Assembly: GCF_006345805.1 (NCBI RefSeq)
Contig: NC_043005.1
Span: 85,994,001 to 86,058,000, forward strand
Source: Octopus sinensis
Lineage: Eukaryota
Direction of reading: 5' to 3'
Length of the DNA stretch: 64,000 bases
The notes under the pieces were generated by a model. The model was not told the origin of the DNA. It saw nothing but the letters and a program-made list of their open reading frames with translations, and did not search any database. A program made the position numbers and the translations under genes. Shown here piece after piece: positions 52,130 to 64,000 of the stretch (positions are counted from its first letter, which is position 1; every line of letters starts with the position of its first letter).

Positions 52130-55100
52130 GAACTGTTTTTTGTTTTGCTCGCGTTTTGCCGCTATTTGTATCAGTTTTCCTTCCTTCTGAAGTAGATATT
52201 TTTGCAGTCCTATGGTGGTTATTTTATAGTAGTTTTCCAGCTGTATAACGCCTCTACCACCAACTATACCACCATCTATAAAGCCTCTACCACCATCTAC
52301 CACCATCTATATAGCATTTCTATGTCAAAATTTGGGTGATGCATCCTAGATCCTTTCATTATTTTTCTTGTTTTCCTATCTATTTTGGTCAGTTTATTTA
52401 GTGTCCAGTTAAGGATATTGTAGCCGTAACTTATAACTGGGACGGCTAAAGTGTTCATACTTATTATCTTGTCTTTAGCATTGAGCTCTGTTTTCCGTAT
52501 TGATCTAACTCGTCTATAATATTCTTTTTTTATTTTCTCTTTCACTTGTGTGTGTTGTGTCTTATCTAGTTCATGGATTCCTAAGTATTTGTAAGTTTGG
52601 TTTTGGTCTAATTCTTTTATTTCATTGGTTTTATCTAGTGTGATGTTGCTGCTCTTAACTAGTTTTCCTCTTTTCAGGGTTACTTTGGCGCATTTTTCTA
52701 ATTCAAATTTCATATCTATTTCTTTGGTAAATCCATGAAATGTCTTTAGTAGTGTTTCCAGCTGTTTGTCATTTGTAGCGTATAGTTTTAGGTCATCCAT
52801 ATATAAAAGGTGGCTGATCGTTTAGCCGTAACATTTATATCCGCATCCAGTTCTGTTTAGCATATCCGATAGAGGTGACAGTGCCAAGCAGAAAAGGAGT
52901 GGAGAGAGCGTATCTCCCTGGAATATTCCTCTTCTAATGGGAATGGATTTGGTTTTCACAAGTCCCTCATTTGTTTGAAGCTGTAGCACTGTTTGCCATT
53001 TATTCATAGAGTGTCCTATGTATTTTATAATTGTTGGTGCAACTTTGTTCATGGCAAGTGTTTCGAGGATCCATGTGTGGGGGATGCTATCAAACGCCGT
53101 TTTGTAGTCGATCCAGGCCATACTGAGGCCTTTCTTCTTTCTGTGGCTGTCTTCAATTATGGCTTTATTAATCATTAGTTGATCTTTACAGCCATATGAG
53201 CCTTTGCGGCATCCTTTCTGCTCTTCTGGAAACAGGTTGTTTTCCTCCAGGTGCTTTTTCAACCTTTGCGATATCACTGCAGTAAATGCCTTGTACATTG
53301 TAGGGAGACAGGTTATAGGTCTGTAGTTTTCTGGTTTTGCTGCCTCATTTGATTTGGGAATTAAGATGGTTTTCCCCTTCGTGAGCCATTCAGGCATTGT
53401 CTCTGGTTCTGCTTGTATGTTGTTTATTTTTTCAGCAAGCTTTTTGTGCATTCTTGTTAGATATTTCAACCAGAAGTTGGGGATCTTGTCATGCCCAGGT
53501 GCCTTCCAGTTGCTTAGTCTTTGCAGTGCCTGGGTGACCTCTTCAGTTGTTATGGGGGTCCAAAGTTGCTCAGATGCTGAGCTTGTTACTTTAATACTCC
53601 TTTTTTTTGGTTGTTCGTTCGCCGACCATATTTCTCTCCAGAATTCTTCCACTTCTTCTGCTGTTGGTGCTACAGTGATTTCTATTTTATTTTTGCCAAG
53701 TTCTTGGTAGAACTTTTTGGAGTTGGAGTTGAACTGTTTGTTTTGTTTAAAGAAACGTTGGCGTTTCTCGTAGCGGCGGATCCTTTGTGCTTTGGTAAGG
53801 ATATCTTGCTTTCGCTTTTCTTTTATCTCAGGTAAATCTTTTTCTGTGGTGTTGTATTTGCGGAGTATTTTTCTTTTCTTTTTGTTGCTCAGTAGCATTG
53901 ATTGTCTACTGATTTCATTAAGAATCGACAGATCTTTTCTCATTTTTTGTATTTTGTTTTGGATGTTATTTATCCACAGGGTTTGTTTGGATGGTGGTAC
54001 TCCTGTTTGGATGGGTTTGAGTGAGTATCCAGCTTCTTTTGTGGCTGCAGTGGCTGCTGCGTATACTAAGTCATTTAGCTCAGTTATATCGCTTTTTGTT
54101 TCAGTGGCTATTAGTTCCGTGACGGCTAGGTTTATGTCGTTTATAATTGATGTTGTTGTTTTGTCTATTTTGATTTTTGGGAGGTATGGTCGGTGGTCCA
54201 TTTTGAGCTCTGTGGTTTTCAGTTCTTTGATTATTCTACTTTTTATATTATCATAATCATTAGGCTCCCCTTCGTTGTTTCCAGGTTTTAGATTTGCGTC
54301 GTTTCCTTTCTCATCCGTATGTTTGTTTGTCGTGTTTTGGCTTGCTGTTTGCCGTGTATTATTATGTATCCTGACGGTCTGGGTTTGTTGTTTTTTGTTT
54401 ACATCGTTTTTGTTGGGAATGTTACGTTTGTCTTCGTGTTTAACTGTTTCAGTGTTTATATTATTTGGCATTGTTGTGTGGCTTCTATCTACATTTTCCT
54501 TATATAGTTTTCTTTTAAATGTTCTATTTATATTTCTGATATTTTTTTGCGTTGAGAATATATCTCCGTATATTTGCTAGTTTATTAGGGTTCATTGTTG
54601 TATCCAGATCTTTATTTATGTTATTTTTCTTCCATATTTTGTATGTATGTGTTGTTTTATTTTCATTCCTTGGGTAGAGCACTGCTGTAAAGTAAGCGTG
54701 TAGGATAGAAACGTATTCCTCACGTGTCCATTTATATCTTTTGGGTTTTATTTGCGGGACATGAGGGACAACGTCCGGCCCATTATTTTGACGGTCGTCA
54801 TTTTCGTAGGGTACCGGTCCGTTCATATCTGTTGTCACATAGTTTTGCACATGTAATTTATCGTACATTTTATGTTGTAAGTTTACAGTACGTACTTCCC
54901 GATTGTTATACTTAGTTGGAATAATACCGGTATTATTTAATTTCTTCGTAGTTTTTTTGTACATGGTGTTTGGGACCGGAGATGATCTGGTGTTGATGGA
55001 TCGTAATGTACCAAGCATGTTTACATGTGTTGTGTTAGAGGTGGAGATGATATCGAGTTAAAATACATCATTTCGTTTTGAAAATAGTAATAAATTTCAA

Positions 55101-55245
55101 TGAGTATTACTTACTCGGATATAGTCCAATCCTTTGTCAGTTATATTTTAGCTCTATGCGATGTCTTTGTTTCCGATGTTTGTGGATAGATTTCAGAGCA
55201 CTGTTTTATCGCCCTCACATGTTTAACGTCCCCGGTGTAATCTTC
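52130..55245 (-). mobile_element. R4/Dong-clade non-LTR retrotransposon, long ORF nearly intact, 3'-truncated
   Basis: RT motifs WKAPGHDKIPNFWLK, NYRPITCL, EEQKGCRKGSYGCKDQL, WIDYKTAFDSIPH, RRGIFQGDTLSPLLF, HLLYMDDLKLY and YKYLGI, ending near GGRGVIQLE; one frameshift (~54540) and one stop (52822-52824) before ~52300. Confidence 0.92.
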
Positions 55246-55339
55246 GTTTTCTTCTTCTTCTTCTTCTTCTTCTTCTTCTTCTTCTTCTCTTCTTCTTCTT
55301 CTTCTTCTTCTTCTTCTTCTTCTTCTTCTTTTATTATTA

Positions 55340-55379
<40 letters not shown>

Positions 55380-55424
55380 TATTCATCATATTATTATTAT
55401 TATTATGATTATTATTATGATTAA

Positions 55425-55457
<33 letters not shown>

Positions 55458-55486
55458 CATTATTATTATTATTATTATCATTATTA

Positions 55487-55553
<67 letters not shown>

Positions 55554-55590
55554 TATCATCATCATCATCATTATTATTATTATTATAATT
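55245..55590. repeat. (TTC)n(TTA)n tract abutting the R4/Dong 5' end
   Basis: Direct inspection. Confidence 0.95.
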
Positions 55591-55998
55591 AAGTCGGCCA
55601 ACTGGCGGAATAGTTAGCAAGCTGGACGAAATTCTTAGTGGCATTTCGCCCGGCGCTATGTTCTCAGTTCAAATTCCACCGAGGTCGACTTTGCCTTTCA
55701 TCCTTTCGGGATCGATAAATTAAGTACCAGTGAAACACGTGGGCGTGGGGGGAGTCGATGCAATCAATTAGTCCCCTCCCCACAAATTTGAGATCTTGTG
55801 CCCCCTCTAAAACAGATTATTATTTTTTGATGTTGTTATTAGCGGTATTTCGTCCGCCGCTACGTTCTGAGTTCAAATTCCGTCGACTTGACTTTCATCC
55901 TTTCGGAGTCGATAAATTAAGTACCAGTAACGCACTGGGGTCGATGTAATCGACTATTCCCCTCCCCACAAACTTCAGGCCTTGTACCTATAATAGAA
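55590..55998 (+). mobile_element. SINE family A plus a second headless unit
   Basis: The second unit restarts at agcggtatttcg (~55841). Confidence 0.8.
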
Positions 55999-56073
55999 AT
56001 GATTATTATTATCATAGTTACCAGTTTCATTGTCATCAGCAGCATCATAAACATTTGTTGAAATAGTAGTAGC

Positions 56074-56119
<46 letters not shown>

Positions 56120-56484
56120 ATCATATTGATGGTAACATTTGTATATGTAGCATCATTATAGTACTAACGACAGCAGTAACATTTGTTGGTGGTGTCGTAG
56201 CAGTAGGAAGAAGACAGGCTCACGTACTAACACAATCCTATGATGCTGGTTACTACCACGGGAATTGTCTACGGGAGGGATGAATATTTGATGAAAATAA
56301 TCACTTAATGGATGAGATGGTCACCTAATTCAACTAACATTGCTGCTATCGACCATGTTGTCTATCAATCACCTCAGCACATCAAAGACATACCAAACAC
56401 TTCGGGATGTACGTTATAATGACTGGCTTCATATATATATGTATATATACATATATATACAAATATATATATATATATATATAC

Positions 56485-56522
<38 letters not shown>

Positions 56523-56526
56523 GTAC

Positions 56527-56640
<114 letters not shown>

Positions 56641-56992
56641 TAGATAGATAGATAGATGGATAGATAGATGTGTGTGTGTGTGTGCTTACATTTAAATATA
56701 TATTTCTCATTATGCGTATTTGTTTCGATATGGAGGCATGTGCTCGCGTAACCGTAACGTGGTGTGTCTCATTTTAGCAATGATGCTTATTTTTTAATGC
56801 AAATACGAATCCATATATGTATATCATGTATGCCCGTGCGTTTGTGTATGTGTGTGTGTGTATGTGTGTGTGTACATACACACACACACATATATAAGCA
56901 GAACATGTATATCTATGGGGAGGAAGAGGTGGTGTATATACATATATATAAATGTATATACATACATATATATGTATATATATTTATATATA

Positions 56993-59190
56993 TCTCCACC
57001 AACCATAAAACATCTGGGCAGATCTTTGTAGACACCGTCACAGACATATGTGCAAAACACTCCCCACCAAGACCTGTGAACAAAAAGTGCAGAATCCCCC
57101 AAAACAGAAAAACCATTATCAGAAAAATAAAAAGAACAAACAAAAAAATTAACAAACTAAAGTACTGCCAACAGCAACACACACATTCGACGGCTATCGC
57201 ACTGCTTGAATCCAAAAAATATAACCTCCAACAATGCATGAAGACCCTCATCAATAACCAAAGATCAGCTGAGGAGAAGTGGGCCATTGAAAAAATCAAA
57301 CTCAACCCCAAAGTGTTCTTTTCATTTGCGAGGAAACGCAGGGTCACTGTCTCCACTGTAGGCCCTCTAATTGACGAAACTGGCACTCTCCAAATAATGC
57401 CAAATCCATGGCCGAGATACTGCAGAAACAATACTGCTCTGTTTTCAGCAATCCTGATATGGCCGATCTGGGATGTATCAGTGATGTCAACCCCCAACAC
57501 ACTATATCGGACATAACGTTTAGTGCCCCTGATGTCTTAGCGGCGATAAACGAAATAAAACACAATTCAGCAGTAGGCCCCGATAGATTCCCTGCTTGTG
57601 TCCTGAAGGTGTGTCGACACCAACTTGCATCTCCCCTTGCTAATCTGTGGAGAAACTCACTGGATGCTGGCTATATTCCAAAAAACCTTCTGTCCCAGTC
57701 TGTTGTCCCAGTTTTCAAAAAGGGAAACAAGTCCCTTGCAGTGAATTACCGCCCGATCTCACTCACCTCTCATATCATCAAGGTATTTGAGAGGGTGGTG
57801 AGATCTCGAATAACCCAATTTCTGGAAAGCAACAGACGGCTGATCTCCAACCAACATGGGTTCCGTAATGGAAGGGACTGCCTAACGCAGCTCCTGCATC
57901 ACTTTGAGGACATTTTGAGAGCTTTGGGAGAGGGCTCCAACACCGATGTCATCTACCTTGATTTCAGTAAGGCCTTCGACAGGGTCGATCACAAGATCCT
58001 ATTGAAAAAACTATCCAACATTGGTGTCTCTGGAAAGTTACTGAAATGGATTAAGTGTTTCCTGACAGACAGATCTCAACATGTTGTAGTTGAAGGGTTA
58101 AATCAAGCCCAGCCAAAGTCAGTAGTGGCGTTCCGCAAGGCACTGTGCTGGGCCCACTTCTTTTCATCATTTACATTAATGACATTAATGACATCATCAG
58201 CACAGCAACATAAAAATCTTTGCAGATGACTCCAAGCTACAGAAGGTCATAAATGAGGCGAGTGACCGGACATGCCTTCAGTCAGATCTACTGGCTGTTA
58301 TCCAATGGGCAGAAAAAAACAATATGCTGCTGAACGATGATAAATTTGAGCTAATCCACTTTGGAAAAGAGGATGCCCTGAAACTCCCATACTCCCTTCC
58401 TTCAGGTGAAACTCTCGCGGCGTCCAACAACATCAGAGACTTGGGAGTAATTGTGGACAACAACGTAAGCTGGGCCACTCATATAAACACCAAAGTTGAC
58501 ATGGCCCGCAGAATGTGTTCCTGGATTCTCAGAACTTTCCAGTCGAGAGATATCCACACCATTATCCTTCTCTTCTCCACTTTTGCCCGACCCCACCTTG
58601 AATACTGTTGTCCACTGTGGTCTCCCCACACAATACAAGGTATCATAAAAGTTGAAGCACCTCAAAGGGCAATCACAAAAAAGATAGATGGCATGACAGG
58701 CCTCGACTATTGGGGTCGGCTAGAAAAGCTAAAACTCTATTCTCTCCAACGTCGTCGTGAGCGCTACATCATCTGCATGATGTGGAAAATATTCCATCAG
58801 CATTGCCCAAATGATGTTGGCATCACCTTTAAGGTACATCCAAGGCTTGGGCCACGTGCCATCCGCCCAAAACAAAAATCGCACTCTCATCTCATAACAA
58901 CAATACGGCACAATTATTTCACCTCAATTGGCCCCGCTCTCTTTAACATTACACCAAAACACATTAAAACAGAAACTGACCCTATAGGGTTCAAGAAGTC
59001 TTTAGACAGATTCCTTCAAGAAATCCCGGATAAACCCCCTACACCTGGATATGTCTCTGTAAACAATAACTCTCTACTTGAGTGGGCCATAGTGCCCAAA
59101 TTCTGACTTGAAAGACTTCACCAGGTGGTGCTATTAAGTTAGACATGGCCTGGGCCAATAATGGCCGAAACCTATCAAAGTATCAAAGTA
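56993..59190 (+). mobile_element. CR1/L2-group LINE, 5'-truncated, complete RT and 3' end, three frameshifts
   Basis: [47 protein letters not shown] and FADDSKL; stop at 59104-59106; tail (tatcaaag)2; flanked by (TA)n on both sides. Confidence 0.95.
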
Positions 59191-59209
59191 AAGTATATAT
59201 TTATATATT

Positions 59210-59295
<86 letters not shown>

Positions 59296-59968
59296 ATATA
59301 TACTGGCTGTTGGACCTGGCGTTCCTCGTGTTTTGTGTATTGAAGTTAAACCCACATCTGACCTTGCATTGAAATCTTCTACCTTCTCCGTGCAAACCGT
59401 TACCCATTAAGATGTTATTTGTGCTATGGTTGGCTGTTGCAGGATGAGTAGATGGATGGCAAGCGGAGGCATAATGGTCAGAGCAGGCGACGGAGTTTTA
59501 TTAACGGACCGAAGTTTGTTAGGCCGACGCAACTGAGCACTATCGAGATTTCGAAAAATTCCGGCATTATTTGAACTTCTGAACATGTGATCTACCTATG
59601 TATCAAAAAACATTAAAATCGGTTGGACGGTTTGGGAGGAGTTAGAGTAAACCCAAACAAAAACATAATGGGTCGATTCAATTGACGAAAATGTTCTTCA
59701 AAGATGTGCCCCAGCAAGGCCGCACTCTAATGGCATAATTAAACATAAAATCACATGATTCCAAGTGTTCCAGTTTGACATTCCTCTTTCGGAAAATGGA
59801 CCTGTTCCATACCATTTCGTTTTGCACTAAGCTCTCTCTTTGTGTAAGGATCACCCACAGATAAGCCACAATCTCTTTGTCGCTTAGCGTTATATTATGC
59901 ATCTTCTTGGTCTCATTGTTTGCTTCTTATCACTCTAATTGTGGAACATTCAAGTATTTAACATTTTG

Positions 59969-60190
59969 TAAGGCGGCGAGCCGGCAGAAACGTCAGCACG
60001 CCGGGCGAAATGCTTAGCGGCATTTCGTCTGCCGTTACGTTCTGAGTTCAAATTCCGCCGAGGTCGATTTTATCTTTCATCCTATCGGGGTCGATAAAGT
60101 ACCAGTTACGCATTGGATTCGATGTAATCAGCCTAATCCCTTTGTCTGTCCCCTCTATCTTTAGCTCCCTGCGCTCAAGAAATCATTATA
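59969..60190 (+). mobile_element. SINE family A, full length
   Basis: aaggcggcgagccggcagaaacg...gagttcaaattccgccgaggtcga. Confidence 0.9.
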
Positions 60191-60204
60191 TATATTGTTT
60201 TACT

Positions 60205-61372
<1,168 letters not shown>

Positions 61373-61948
61373 ATAATTAGAATTTAAACATTTTGGGAAA
61401 TTCGAAATAAAATATTTTTGACTGCGGAACTCGAAGTAGATAAAATTATAAATGACACCATTTAGAGTACAAGACATTCCAAAGATTCTCCATCAGGAAT
61501 TCTCTAGTTGAATAAATGCACTCAGTTGAGTGTGCGCCTAGACAGTTTAACCAACATACCAAGTCAACCATGTATTTAGAAACACCGGGAGGTCCGTTTC
61601 TTTAGAAAGTTTTGTCGCTTGGATAACAAGTAGTTTGATCTCCTTTGAGAAGTTAAATAAAACTCCAAGAAAGAAACGTATGTGTGTGTGTGCCTGTGTG
61701 TCTGTTTGTATATTTATATGCACAAGCACACATACACACACGCGTTCACACTTCATACACCACCCACACAACACACATACTCTGCACCATGCCACATATA
61801 CGCACGAACACACACGCACGCACACACATTTATATACTCATACTGGTTTTCAGTGCAATAGTACTATTGTATTTTCAGTTTTAACTGCCATATTTGGTAT
61901 AGTAATACTGAGAAATACATAGATACATATATATATACATACATACAT

Positions 61949-61985
<37 letters not shown>

Positions 61986-62064
61986 CACACATACACACAC
62001 ACATACACACATATATATATATATATATATATTACACACACGCACACATATATTTCTACGTATG

Positions 62065-62132
<68 letters not shown>

Positions 62133-62137
<5 letters not shown>

Positions 62138-62365
62138 CGAACTGGCAGAAACGTTAGCACGCCGGGCGAAATGCGTAGCCGTATTTCGTCTGCCGCTAAG
62201 TTTTGAGTTCAAATTCCGCCGGGGTCGACTTTGCCTTTCATCCTTTCGGGGTCGATAAATTAAGTATTAGTTGCGCACTGGGATCGATATAATCGACTTC
62301 ATCCGTTTGTCTGTCTTTGTTTGTCCTCTCTGTGTTTAGCCCCTTGTGGGTAGTAAATAAAAAAA
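62133..62365 (+). mobile_element. SINE family A inserted in (TA)n
   Basis: Full head-core-tail. Confidence 0.9.
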
Positions 62366-62439
62366 TATATATATATACATACCTATATATATGTATATAT
62401 ATATATATGTTGTGTGTGTGTGTATGTACGTATGCCTGT

Positions 62440-62636
62440 GTAACCATGTGTTTGTCGTTGGCGATTTTCTTCCTCCGTCTCCCCTTCCTTTGAAATTTCC
62501 TCTGTATCTGACGAAGAGCTTAGCTCGAAACGTTGATTCCTTTTTCTTTCCTTTCCTGAGCGTCTGATAATACAGTACTTGTACTACGTACTCGCGTTAT
62601 TGCTTTTTTTTCTTGTTTCTTCTTCTTTGTTTGGAT

Positions 62637-62640
<4 letters not shown>
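62440..62640 (+). mobile_element. Penelope-type terminal repeat remnant with hammerhead core (62508-62534)
   Basis: CUGACGA-A-GAGC-UUA-GCUC-GAAA-CG-U-U; stem I is decayed. Confidence 0.6.
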
Positions 62641-62714
<74 letters not shown>

Positions 62715-62718
62715 TATG

Positions 62719-62758
<40 letters not shown>

Positions 62759-62796
62759 CTTACATATATATATACATAATACATTCATATATATAT

Positions 62797-63294
62797 ATAT
62801 AATAAAAGGCTTCCAAATAAGGAAGCGTAGTGCTAGAAAAACAAAAAAGGGATAAATTCATGAAAGGAATGAAAATTAAAAACATTTACCATCTTAGCTA
62901 TATCCCAGACCGAACGGTTTCTACCTATTTGTTAGCAAACACACAGAATATGTTTGCCAGGCCAGTTTCTTCAGTGGGAAGCCTTCGTAATCCTAGACGC
63001 ACAGACTGTTAGAAGCACATGTAGATCTAACGGTTTATATATCCTAACTTTTCAAACCTCTGCGCAGACGCAAATCATACCCGGCGACAAAGAGGATGCC
63101 GGTAAAAAATTTACGAACAAATTTATCAAGCAATATTTAAACATAATCAAATAGGGTAATAAAATAAATTATTATTACCAGTGGCCTAGCACAAAAGACG
63201 AATTAGTCATTAGACTATATATTTTTCGTATAGAAATATAATAAAAGGCTTCCAAATAAGGAAGAGTAGTGCTAGAAACACAAAAAGGGATAAA

Positions 63295-63299
<5 letters not shown>
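62797..63299. repeat. 439-bp unit with ~64-bp terminal direct repeat, between (TA)n tracts
   Basis: 62797-62861 is approximately 63236-63299; homologous to 33640-34205. Confidence 0.82.
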
Positions 63300-63372
<73 letters not shown>

Positions 63373-63460
63373 CGGGTGTGTGTGCCTTGGCATGAATGCA
63401 TGTATGTATCTATGAACATATGTTCGTATATATATATCTATACTTATATATATATATATA

Positions 63461-64000
63461 TAAATTAATCAAAATAAAAACATGATGCCAAGGATTCAGC
63501 GGTACATATGTTTCGGGCCTTTATTAGACGGATTTATAACAATGCATAATGTATGTCTGTCGCCTTCTTCAGCCGCGCACAACAACTTCCACAAGGACAT
63601 GTATTACATCAAAAATTCTTGGTTGGGGATGCAAATCCTCTCATTCGCGTACGACATAATGCGGCAACAGCATAAAAATGAAGCGTCCATCTCGTTCTTC
63701 TCTCAATGTAGAATGAGGAAATTTGGATGTTGAAGTAATGTAAATAAATTAATAAATAAATATATACATATATAAATGTATAAATGCAGTCAGACGTGAA
63801 GGAACCTGGTAATAAGAGTAAATAGAGATAAAGATGGAGGGGCGAGAATTCAGGACGAAGGTTAAAAAATATATAAAAAGTGTAAGTATAGAAAAATATA
63901 AAAATGTAGAGTATAAAGATATAAAGAGATATAAAAAATATTTAAAAAATAAATGAATATAAAGGTATAAAGTTATAAAAACAAAAATAGAAATAAAAAT
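63461..64000 (-). repeat. right arm of the inverted pair (runs to window edge); hammerhead fold 63499-63576
   Basis: Reverse complement of 60567-61102. Confidence 0.88.

Overview
AT-rich, microsatellite-saturated eukaryotic DNA, most likely intronic or intergenic. It is probably from an octopus (inference from recognisable SINE families and the extreme (TA)n/(AAT)n/(CA)n density). No host protein-coding exon could be supported, and most listed ORFs are microsatellite translation artefacts. The window is a graveyard of mobile elements. Retroelements: three tRNA-headed SINE families (called A, B and C here), two copies of a CR1/L2-group LINE, RTE fragments, a near-intact 3'-truncated R4/Dong-type element plus smaller relics, Penelope-like (GIY-YIG) relics, and a Gypsy 5'LTR-PBS-gag fragment. 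DNA transposons: mariner/Tc1 fragments and MITEs. The least-annotated signal is a set of unrelated minimal type-I hammerhead ribozyme folds embedded in short elements sitting in microsatellites. One family carries a compensatory G3:C8 core swap in both of its copies. Other unusual structures are a ~450-bp unit present twice with terminal redundancy at different permutation points, SINE multimers sharing one fixed junction, and a cluster of near-perfect long palindromes. All alignments and folds were done by eye; no ribozyme activity has been tested.
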